From the NCBI GenBank assembly GCA_002269645.1, contig NIVC01001036.1, positions 311,681 through 375,680 on the forward strand: a DNA stretch of 64,000 bases. The letters run 5' to 3'. The notes under the pieces are model-generated. The model saw only the letters and a program-made list of their open reading frames with translations, was not told where the DNA came from and did no database searches. Positions 50,996-62,257 of this stretch are shown here, in pieces. The stretch is from Macrostomum lignano (taxonomy: Eukaryota). Positions within the stretch are counted from its first letter, which is position 1. Every line of letters starts with the position of its first letter. The position numbers and the translations under genes were made by a program.

Positions 50996-52849
50996 CGAGG
51001 CCAACTCCTCCTCTGGAGGAGAAAGGGGAAGAACTCCCATCACCGGAATTCCATTCCCTGAAATCCATTAGCTGAAATTCCATGACTTGAATCCCATCTT
51101 CCAAATCATCTCCAAATCCTCTGTAAAGCCTTTCAAATACCATATCTTGTTTTCCCTGTTCGCAAAAACTGACTGCCATTGTCCAGACTCAGATTCTTCT
51201 GTCTCCTCTCTTCTCTTTTCTCTCCTCTCACGTCTCTCATCTCTACCACCTTATTTATCTCTTCTCCCTCGTCTTTCGTCTTTCTCTCCTGTCTCCTTTA
51301 TCCCCTGTTTTCTCCTCTCTCCTCTCTTCTCTCCTCTCTCATCTCTCATCCCTCATGCCTCATCTCACTATTTCTTTCTCCTCTACTCTCAGCTCCTCTC
51401 TTCTCTCTCCTCTCATCTCTCCTGTCTCCCTCTGCTATCTCATATCTTCCCTCTCATCTCCTCTCTCCTCTTTTCTTCTCTCTCCCTCTTCGTTCCCGCG
51501 TTACTCCCCTCTTCTCTCCCATCTGTCATGTCTAATCTGTCCTCTCTCATCTCTTCTCTCTTCTCTTTTCACTCTTCTCTTTACTCTCTTTACTGACTGA
51601 CTGAAGATACCAAATCCATCAAAATCCCTCCGTGAAACAGAAATCCTCTCCGCGAAACAGAAATCCTCTCCGCGAAACAGAAACCCTCTCCGTGAAACTG
51701 GACTCCTTTTGAAATCCAATCCGCGAAACAGAAATCCCCTCCGTGAAACTGGGCTCCATGGAAATCCTCTGAGTGAAACTGACATCCATCAAAATCGTCT
51801 CCGTAAAACAGAAATACATCTAGATTCTCTCCACGAAAAAGAAATCCTCTCCGTGAAACCGAAAACCATCAGAATACTCCGTGAAACTGGACTCAATCGA
51901 AATTTTCTCTGTCAAAAAGAACTTAACTTTCAGAATTCATTGGTTAGGGTTAGGGTTAGAGCTGCACAGAGCTGCGTGTTGAATTAATTGAATCAATTAA
52001 TTGCGCAAACCATTTCTCAGTCAGACAGTATCAGTCTTATTTAAAGTTAAATAAACGGTTGCGCAATCTAAATCAACCCTCCAATACGCAGCGGCAGACC
52101 CCCTTCCAATACGCCCAACTTTATCTATTACGTCTCGCAAAACTGATTACAGTTTTTGCAGAAAGTTAAAAGTATGGAAATAGTTTTTTAAATGCTGTGC
52201 TTTTTCTTTTCATATTTAAAGCATACAACTTATATTCCCCGAACTCAGCGTTGCAAGATCTTTCCAGCAATATAAGTCTCTCCTCTCAAAGTTTAAAACT
52301 CGAGGAACAGTTAGCGTTTGAAATTTACCAATTTCCCGACTGCTTGCTAGAGAAGCTCGCAAGTTTATTCATTGAATTTCACTGCCAAACTAATACACAG
52401 GGCTGCCAATAATAAAACCAAATGAATCTCGACACAGTCTATCTATTTACACTGTACAACTGCTATGTACACTCAGCCCAAGCCCTACCCCCGTTCTGGG
52501 GGAAGCATTAAATTTAACTGAACCCCCCACACGCGGGGGTTTTATTTCCACTCGCACCACCACCCCTCAATACACAGCGGCCCGCGGGCGGAGGTTGGGG
52601 TGGCTATTTTTACAAACTGGCTGCAGCCCCAGGCAGAGTGGCCAAAGAAGGTTATTGGGGGTTAAAAAAGCAGTTTTCTGCTTTTTTAGGGATGTTAAAA
52701 TGTGAAAATTAAAAATTAAAATAGCCTAAAGCCTGCTCCGGAAAATTTGCAGTTTTCCCATATAAGTTTCGACGCTGACTTGGCAGTATTGTAGGAGTTC
52801 ACTTACAACATACATACACACAAACAACGCACCAGTTTTAGTATTAAGA
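50996..52849 (-). mobile_element. Helitron-like unit B3 (near-identical to B2 except its 5' terminal ~100 bp)
   Basis: 5' TCTTAATACTAAAA; 3' hairpin + CTCG. Confidence 0.85.
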
Positions 52850-54806
52850 CGAGTGGAACTCCTCCTTCGGAGGAGAAAGGGGAAGAACTCCCATCACCGG
52901 AATTCCATTCCCTGAAATCCATCAGCTGAAACTCCATGACTTGAATCCAATCTTCCAAATCGTCTCCAAATTCTTTACAAAACCTTTAAAAGACCATAGC
53001 TCAAAGACTCTCACGTCTCTCATATCTCCTCTCTCCTCTCTTCGCTATTATCGTGACTCTCTTCTCTCTCCTCTTTCTCATCTCATCTCTACCCCTACTC
53101 CCTTATTTATATCTTCTCCCTGGTCTTTCGTCTCTACTCTCTCTTGTCTCATTTCTCCCCTCTTTTCTCCTCTCTTCTCTCTCCCCTCTCTCCTCTATCA
53201 TCTCTCATCCTTCATCTCACTCTTTCTTTCTTCTCTACTCTCCCCTCTCTTCTATTTCCTCTGTACGCTCTTATCCCTCATCTCTATTCTCTCTTCTATC
53301 ATTTCTCCAAATTCTTTACAAAAACTTTTTAAAGACCATAGCTCAAAGACTCTCACGTCTCTCATATCTCTTCCCTCATCTCACTCTTTCTTTCTTCTCT
53401 ACTCTCCCCTCTCTTCTATTTCCTCTGTACGCTCTTATCCCTCATCTCTATTCTCTCTTCTATCATTTCTCCCAATTCTTTACAAAAACTTTTTAAAGAC
53501 CATAGCTCAAAGACTCTCACGTCTCTCATATCTCTTCCCTCATCTCACTCTTTCTTTTTCCTCTACTCTCCCCTCTCTTCTATTTCCTCTGTACGCTCTT
53601 ATTACTCTCCTATTCTCTCCCGTATGTCATCTCTAATCTCTCCTCTCTCATATCTACTCTCTTTTCTCTCCCATTGGAAGAACTCCCATCACCAGAATTC
53701 AATTCCCTGAACTTCATTAGCTGAATTCCATGACCCGAGTTCCATCATCCAAGTCCTCTCTGAAGACAAAAAGTCCTCTCCGTGAAACTGGACTCAATCG
53801 AAATTTACTTCGTCACAGAACTCAACTCTCAGGATTCAGTGGCTAGGGTTAGGGTTAGGGTTAGGGTTAGAGCTACACACAGCTGCGTGTTAAAAGGCAG
53901 CGATAATAAAAAAATGAACTAATTGAAGCAACAGATTGCGCAATCGATTTCTCAATAAGTCAGTATCAGTCTGAGTTCAAGTTAACAAAATGATTGCGCA
54001 ATTTAAATCAACCATCCAATACACAGCGACCGCCCCCCTTCCAATACGCAGTGGCAAGTAGACGTTGAACCCCCCCCCCAACTTTATCTCTGACCTGTCG
54101 CAAAAATAAGTACAATCTTTGCAAAAGTATGGAAATCGTTTTTTGAATGCCGTATTTTTAGTTATTATCATATTTAAAGCAAACAACTTATATCCCGAAC
54201 TCAGCGCTGCAAGCTCTTTCCAGCAATAAAAGTCTCGTCTCTCAAAGTTCAAAAATCGAGCAACAGTTAGCGTTTGAAACTTTCTGATTTAAAGCATTGA
54301 AACATCGAGTGTACGTTCACTGCCTGCAGCAGAGGGAGGCTCGCAAGTTTATTCATTGAATTTCACTGTCCAAAACTACACAGGGCAGCCTATTGAAAAT
54401 CAGAACACATATCGTTGCGCAATTGTCTATCTATACAATCAGCCAGTGAGCCAGGGTCCGATTGTACACACGCAGCCACTGAGAATGCGACCATCCCCCA
54501 CTGGAGAGAAAATACACCGTAGAGATAGGAGACAGTTGTGGCGCAATCACTCAAAATTCATGCAAATTTTCAGCTCCAAGCAGAAAGAGGGGACAATTAA
54601 GATTATCAAAGGTCAAGACCACCGTTTTCTGCTTTTTTAGGGATCTTAAAATGTAAAAATGAAATATAAAAACAGCCTAAAGCCATCCTCGGAAAATTTG
54701 CAGTTTTCCAATATAAGTTTCAACGCTGAGTTGCAAGTATTCTAGGAGGAGTTATGCAACAGACAAACAAACACACAAACATCGCACCAACTTTAGTATA
54801 TACAGA
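52850..54806 (-). mobile_element. Helitron-like unit D (family B)
   Basis: 5' TCTGTATATACTAAAG; 3' CTCCTCC-GAA-GGAGGAG...CTCG; four-unit TTAGGG tract at ~53842-53870. Confidence 0.82.
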
Positions 54807-56031
54807 CGAGGCCAACTCCTCCTTCGGAGAAGAAAGGGGAAGAACTCCAATCAGCGGAATTCCATTCCCTGAACTCCATCAGCGGAATCCCATTTTCCAA
54901 CACCTCTCCGCGCAACAGAAATCGTCTCCGTGAAACTGAACACTATCGAAATCCTCTCCGTGAAACTGAACACCATCGAAATATTCTCCGCGAAATAGAA
55001 ATCCTCTCCGTGAAACTGGACTAAATCGAAATTTCTACGTCAAATAGCCCAGCTCTCAGAATTCATTGGTTAGGGTTAGGGTTAGGGTTGACAGCTGCGT
55101 GTTGAAAGGCGCCGTAAAAACATTGAACCAATTAAATTGCGCAACTTATTTCTCAGGCAGTCAGTATCAGCCTCAGTTAAAGTTAACAAAAAGATTGCGC
55201 AATCTAAATCAACCCTCAAATACACAGCAACCGACCCCCCTTCCAATACGCAGTGCAGCTAGAAATTGAACTCCCCCCACCAACTATTGGGGGGTCGGTC
55301 GAACCCCCATTGAACTCCAAAATGAGCACAATCTTTGCAGAAAGCTAAAAGTATGAAAATCTTTTCTTGAATGCTGTGAATTTAATTTTCATATTTAAAG
55401 CAAAAAACTTATATCCCCGAACTCATTGCAGCAAGATCTTTCCAGCAATATAAGTCTCTCCTCTCTAAGTTCAAAACTCGAGCAACAGTTAGTGTTTGAA
55501 ACTTTCTGATTTTAAGCATTGAAATATCGAGTGTACGTTCACTGCCTGCTAAAGATGCTCGCAAGTTTATGCATTAAAATGCACTGAATTTCACTGTGCA
55601 AAAAATACACAGGGCTTCCTGTTAAAAAACAGAACACAAATAGTTGCGCAATTGTCTATAAAGTCAGTCAGTGAGCCAGGGTTCAAGTGTACACACGCAG
55701 CCACTGAGAACGCGACCATCCCCCACTTGAGAGAAAATACACTGCCAAGATAGAAAAATTTTATGGCGCAATCACTAAAATTTATGCAAATTTTCAGCTC
55801 CAAGCAGAAAGAGGGGACAATTAAGATTATCAAAGGTCAAGACCGCCATTTCTGCTTTTTTAGGGATCTTAAAAATTGAAAATGAAAGATTAAAATAGCC
55901 TAAAGCCATCCTCGGAAAATTTGCAGTTTTCCCATATAAGTTTCAACGCTGACTTGCAAGTATTCTAGGAGGAGTTATCCAACAAACACACACACACACA
56001 GACAAACAACGCACCAACTTTAGTATTAAGA
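54807..56031 (-). mobile_element. Helitron-like unit E1 (family B, short, lacks CT-rich cargo)
   Basis: 5' TCTTAATACTAAAG; 3' hairpin + CTCG; 1225 bp. Confidence 0.85.
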
Positions 56032-57269
56032 CGAGGCCAACTCCTCCTTCGGAGAAGAAAGGGGAAGAACTCCAATCAGCGGAATTCCATTCCCTGAACT
56101 CCATCAGCGGAATCCCATTTTCCAACACCTCTCCGCGCAACAGAAATCGTCTCCGTGAAACTGAACACTATCGAAATCCTCTCCGTGAAACTGAACACCA
56201 TCGAAATATTCTCCGCGAAATAGAAATCCTCTCCGTGAAACTGGACTAAATCGAAATTTCTCCGTCAAACAGCCCAGCTCTCAGAATTCATTGGTTAGGG
56301 TTAGGGTTAGGGTTAGAGCTACACACAGCTGCGTGTTGAAAGGCGCCGTAAAAACATTGAACCAATTAAATTGCGCAACTTATTTCTCAGGCAGTCAGTA
56401 TCAGCGTCGGTTAAAGTTAACAAAAAGATTGCGCAATCTAAATCAGCCCTCCAATACACAGCAACCGACCCCCTTCCAATACGCAGTGCAGCTAGAAATT
56501 GAACCCCCCCCCCTACTAACTATTGGGGGGTCGGTCGAACCCCCATTGAACTCCAAAATGAGCAAAATCTTTGCAGAAAGCTAAAAGTATGAAAATCTTT
56601 TCTTGAATGCTGTGAATTTAATTTTCATATTTAAAGCAAAAAACTTATATCCCCGAACTCATCGCAGCAAGATCTTTCCAGCAATATAAGTCTATCCTCT
56701 CTAAGTTCAAAACTCGAGCAACAGTTAGTGTTTGAAACTTTCTGATTTTAAGCATTGAAATATCGAGTGTACGTTCACTGCCTGCTAAAGATGTTCGCAA
56801 GTTTATGCATTAAAATGCACTGAATTTCACTGTGCAAAAATACACAGGGCTTCCTGTTAAAAAACAGAACACAAATAGTTGCGCAATTGTCTATAAAGTC
56901 AGCCAGTGAGCCAGGGTCCAATTGTACACACGCCGCCAATGAGAACGCGCCCATTCCCCCACAGGAGAGAAAATGCACTGGCGACATAGGAAAAAGTTGT
57001 GGCGTAATCACTCAAAATTCATGCAAATTTTCAGCTCCGAGCAGAAAAAGGGTACAATTAAGATTATCAAAGGTCAGAATTGCCGTTTTCTGCTTTTTTA
57101 GGGATCTTAAAATGTAAAAATAAAAGATTAAAATAGCCTAAAGCCATCCTCGGAAAATTTGCAGTTTTCCCACATAAGTTTCAACGCTGACTTGCAAGTA
57201 TTCTAGGAGGAGTTATCCAACAAACACACACACACACAGACAAACAACGCACCAGTTTTAGTATTAAGA
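56032..57269 (-). mobile_element. Helitron-like unit E2 (close relative of E1)
   Basis: Same termini; tandem with E1. Confidence 0.85.
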
Positions 57270-58177
57270 GATAGGGTTAGGGTTAGAGCTGCACAGAGCT
57301 GCGTGTTGAATTAATTGAATCAATTAATTGCGCAAACCATTTCTCAGTCAGACAGTATCAGTCTTATTTAAAGTTAAATAAACGGTTGCGCAATCTAAAT
57401 CAACCCTCCAATACGCAGCGGCAGACCCCCTTCCAATACGCCCAACTTTATCTATTACGTCTCGCAAAACTGATTACAGTTTTTGCAGAAAGTTAAAAGT
57501 ATGGAAATAGTTTTTTAAATGCTGTGCTTTTTCTTTTCATATTTAAAGCATACAACTTATATTCCCGAACTCAGCGTTGCAAGATCTTTCCAGCAATATA
57601 AGTCTCTCCTCTCAAAGTTTAAAACTCGAGGAACAGTTAGCGTTTGAAATTTACCAATTTCCCGACTGCTTGCTAGAGAAGCTCGCAAGTTTATTCATTG
57701 AATTTCACTGCCAAACTAATACACAGGGCTGCCAATAATAAAACCAAATGAATCTCGACACAGTCTATCTATTTACACTGTACAACTGCTATGTACACTC
57801 AGCCCAAGCCCTACCCCCGTTCTGGGGAAGCATTAAATTTAACTGAACCCCCCCCACACGCGGGGGGTTTTATTTCCACTCGCACCCACCACCCCTCAAT
57901 ACACAGCGGCCCGCGGGCGGAGGTTGGGGTGGCTATTTTTACAAACTGGCTGCAGCCCCAGGCAGAGTGGCCAAAGAAGGTTATTGGGGGTTAAAAAAGC
58001 AGTTTTCTGCTTTTTTAGGGATGTTAAAATGTGAAAATTAAAAATTAAAATAGCCTAAAGCCTGCTCCGGAAAATTTGCAGTTTTCCCATATAAGTTTCG
58101 ACGCTGACTTGGCAGTATTGTAGGAGTTCACTTACAACATACATACACACAAACAACGCACCAGTTTTAGTATTAAA
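57270..58177 (-). mobile_element. Helitron-like unit F (family B, 3'-truncated at its telomeric repeat; copy of B3 ~51945-52849)
   Basis: 5' TTTAATACTAAAA; ends ...CTAACCCTAACCCTATC directly before the TC of E2. Confidence 0.8.
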
Positions 58178-60618
58178 CGAGTGGAACTCCTCCTTCGGAG
58201 GAGAAAGGGGAAGAACTCCCATCACCGGAATTCCATTCCCTGAAATCCATCAGCTGAAACTCCATGACTTGAATCCCATCTTCCAAATCGTCTCCAAATT
58301 CTTTACAAAACCTTTGAAAGACCATAGCTCAAAGACTCTTACGTCTCTCATATCTCCTCTCTCCTCTCTTCGCTATTATCGTGACTCTCTTCTCTCTCCT
58401 CTCTCTCATCTCATCTCTACCCCTACTCCCTTATTTATATCTTCTCCCTGGTCTTTCGTCTCTACTCTCTCCTGTCTCATTTCTCCCCTCTTTTCTCCTC
58501 TCTTCTCTCTCCCCTCTCCTCCCTCATCTCTCATCCTTCATCTCACTCTTTCTTTCTTCTCTACTCTCCCTCTCTTCTATTTCCCCTGTACGCTCTTATC
58601 CCTCATCTCTATTCTCTCTCCTATCATCTCTCCAAATTCTTTACAAAACCTTTCAAAGACCATAGCTCAAAGACTCTCACGTCTCTCATATCTCCTCTCT
58701 CATATCTCTTCCCTCATCTCACTCTTTCTTTCTCCTCTACTCTCCCCTCTCTTCTATTTCCTCTGTACGCTCTTATCCGTCATCTATTCTCTTTCCTATT
58801 ATCTCTCTTGTCTCCCTCTGCTATCTCATATCTCCCCTCTCATCTCCTCTCTCCTCTTCTCTTCTCTATCCCTCTTCGTTTCCGCCTTACTCCCCTCTTC
58901 TCTTCCATCGGTCATGTCTAATCTATCCACTCATTTCTACTCTGTTTTATACCATCTCATGTCTCTTCTCTTTTTGATCTTCTCTTTACTCTCTTTTATG
59001 ACTGATTGAAGATGCCAAATCTATCAAGATCCTCTCCGCGAAGCAGAAATCCTCTCCGTGAAACTGAAAACCATTGAAATCCTCTCCGCGAAACAGAAAT
59101 CCTCTCCGTGAAACTGAAAACCATTGAAATTATCTCTTTAAAACTGGACTCAATCGAAATTTTCTCCGTCAAAAAGAATAAAATATTAGGATTCATTGGT
59201 TAGGGTTATTGTTAGGGTTAGGGTTAGGGTTAGAGCTACACACAGCTGCGTGTTTAAATAAAAATTGAGCCAATTGAATCAATTGATTGCGCAACCGATT
59301 TCAAAGTCAGTCAGTATCAGTCTCAGGTAAAGTGAACAAAAAGATTGCGCAATTTAAATCAACCCTCCAGTACACAGAGCCCGGCCCCTTTTCAATACGC
59401 AGTGGCAGTTAGAAATTGAACCCGGGTGTTGGGGGCATTGAACTAAAAATGAGTACAATCTTTGCAGAAAGCTAAAAGTATGGAAATAGTTTTTGTATGC
59501 TGTGCTTTTAGTCTTTATATTTAAAGCAAACAATTTATATCCTCGAACTCAGCGTTGCAAGATCTTTTCAGCAGTATAAGTCTCTTCTCTTAAAGTTTAG
59601 AACTCGAAGAGCAGTTAGCGTTTGAAAGTTCCCGTTTTAAAGCATTGAAATATCGAGTGTACGTTCACTGCCTGCCAAAGAGGCTCGCAAGTTTATTCAT
59701 TCATTACACAGGCCGGCTATTACACGGGGCAGCCTATTAAAAGGCACAGATAATGAAACAAATTGATGTCGCAACCGATTTCACAGTCAGTCATTATCAG
59801 TCTCAGTTAAAGTTAACAAAAACATTGCGCAATATAAATCAACCCTCCAATCCACAGCAGTAGTGAGAAGTTGAACCCTCCCCCCAACTTTATCTATTTC
59901 GTCTCGCAAAACTGAGTACAATATTTGCAAAAAGTTAAAAGTATGGAAATAGTTTTTCAAATGCTGTGCTTTTTCTTTTCATATTTAAAGCAAACAATTT
60001 ATATCCCCGAACTCAGCGTTCCAAGATCTTTCCAGCAATATAAGTCTCTTCTTTCAAAGTTTAAAACTCGAGGAACAGTTAGCGTTTGAAACTGTCTGAT
60101 TTATAGCATTGAAGTATCGATTGTACGTTCACTGCCTGCTAAAGAGGCCCGCAAGTTTATGCATTGAATTTCAACGTTCAACAAAATCACAGGGCTGCCT
60201 ATTGAAAATTAGAACACAAATCTTTGCGCAATTGTCTATACAGTCAGCCAGTGAGCCAGGGTCCGATTGTACACAGGCAGCCATTTAGAACGCCCCATCC
60301 CCCCACTGGAGAGAAAATACACTGCAGAGATAGGGAAAAGTTGTGGCGCAATCACTTGAAATTCATGCAAATTTTCAGCTCCAAGCAGAAAGAGGGACAA
60401 TTAAGATTATCAAAGGTCAAGACCGCCGTTTTCTGCTTTTTTGAGGATTTTAGAAATTAAAATTTCAGAATTAAAATAGCCTATAGCCGACCTCGGATAA
60501 TTTCCAATCTTCCCATATAAGTTTCAACGCTGAGTTGCCACTATTCAAGGAGGAGTTGTCGAAATGACAGACAGACACACAGACAGACAGACAAACAACG
60601 CGTCAACTTTAGTATATA
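58178..60618 (-). mobile_element. Helitron-like unit G (family B, duplicated internal module)
   Basis: 5' TATATACTAAAG; 3' hairpin + CTCG; its 3' part resembles D. Confidence 0.82.
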
Positions 60619-62257
60619 CGAGGCCAACTCCTCCGATGGAGGAGAAAGGGGAAGAACTCCCATCACCGGAATTCCATTCCCTGAACTCCATCAGCTGAAT
60701 CCCATGACCCGAATCCCATCATCTAACTGTTCTCCAAATCCATCAAAATCCTCTCCGTGAAACTGAACACCATCGAAATCCTCTCCGCGAAACAGAAATC
60801 CTCTCCGTGAAACTGGACTCAATCTAAAGTTTCTCCGTCAAAAAACTAAACTCTCAGGATTCAGTGGTTAGGGTTAGGGTTAGGGTTGGAGCTGCACAGA
60901 GCTGCGTGTTGAAAAGGTCCGATAAAAAATGAGATAATTGAATCAAAAGATTGCGCAATTTACGCTCGTATTTCTAAGTCAGTCAGTATCAGTCTCAGTT
61001 AAAGTTAACAAAAATATTGCGCAATCTAAATCAACCCTCCAATACACAGCGACCGACCCCTTCCAATACGCAGTGGCAATTAGAAATTGAACCCCCCCCC
61101 CCGACTGTTGGGGGGTCAGTCGAACACCATTGAACTCCTAAAATGAGTACAATCATTGCAAAAAGTTAAAAGTATGGAAATAGTTTTTCCAATGCAGAGC
61201 ATTTAGTTTTCATATTTAAAGCAAACAATTTATATCCCCGAAATCAGCATTGAAAGATCTTTCCAGCAATATAAGTCTCTCCTCTCAAAGTTAAAAACTC
61301 GAGCAACAGTTTGCATTTGAAACTTTCCGATTAAAAACATAGTGAAAGCATAAAAATATCGAGTATACGTTCACTGCGTGCTAAAGACACTCCTAAGTTG
61401 ATGCATTGAATTTCAATGTCCAACACAGGACTGCCTATTGAAAAGCAAAGATAATAAAAAAATTAATGGCGCAATCCATTTCTCACTCAGTCTGTAGCAG
61501 TCTCAGTTAAATGATTACGCAATGTAAATCAACTCTCCAATACACAGCGACCGCCCCCCACCACCACTAAAGCACACTGAGCAATTAGAGATTGAAACCC
61601 CTAACTTTATCTATTACCTCTGCAAAAATGAGCACAATCTTTGCAGAAAGTTAAAAGTATGGAAATCATTTTTCGAATGCTGTGCTTTTCCTTTTTACAT
61701 TTAAAGCAAACAACTTACATCCCGAACTCAGCATTGAAAGATCTTTCCTGCAATATAAGTCTCTTCTCTCTAAGTTAAAAACTCGGGGAACAGTTTGCGT
61801 TTGAAATTTCCCAATTTAAAGCATTGAATTTTGAGTGTACGTTCACTGCCTGCCTACATAGTGGAGGCTTGCAAATTTATTTCATTGAATTTTACTGAAG
61901 CCTAACACCCCCAATACGTACGGTGCTCAATGCAAAAAATGGTGGCGCAATCGCTAAAAATTGATGTCAACCGGCCCGGTTCACCCCCTTCAGCTGAAGA
62001 ATACACTACACAGATAGGCCAGCTGTTGGGCGCAATCATTGCAAATTACGCAAGATGGGCATATTCCCCTATTGTTCTACGACTTCTGCTTTTTTTAGGG
62101 ATCTTAAAATGTAAAAATGAAAGATTAAAATAGCCTATAGCCTGACCCGGAAAATTTGCAGTTTTCCCATATGAGTTTCAACGCTGAGTTGCAAGTATTC
62201 TAGGAGGAGTTATCCAACTGACATACAGACAAACATCACACCAACTTTAGTATAAGA
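60619..62257 (-). mobile_element. Helitron-like unit H (family B, duplicated internal module)
   Basis: 5' TCTTATACTAAAG; 3' CTCCTCC-ATC-GGAGGAG...CTCG. Confidence 0.82.

Larger units (their letters stand above)
38420..52700. repeat. Tandem segmental duplication, two copies of ~7.11 kb (A-C-B trimer)
   Basis: Identical ORFs recur at offsets of 7107-7112 (e.g. 38757/45869, 41504/48612, 43978/51087). Boundaries are approximate. Confidence 0.9.

Noticed and set aside
53842-53870. True telomere
   Set aside because: Only 2-4 repeat units, embedded at a fixed internal position in each element.
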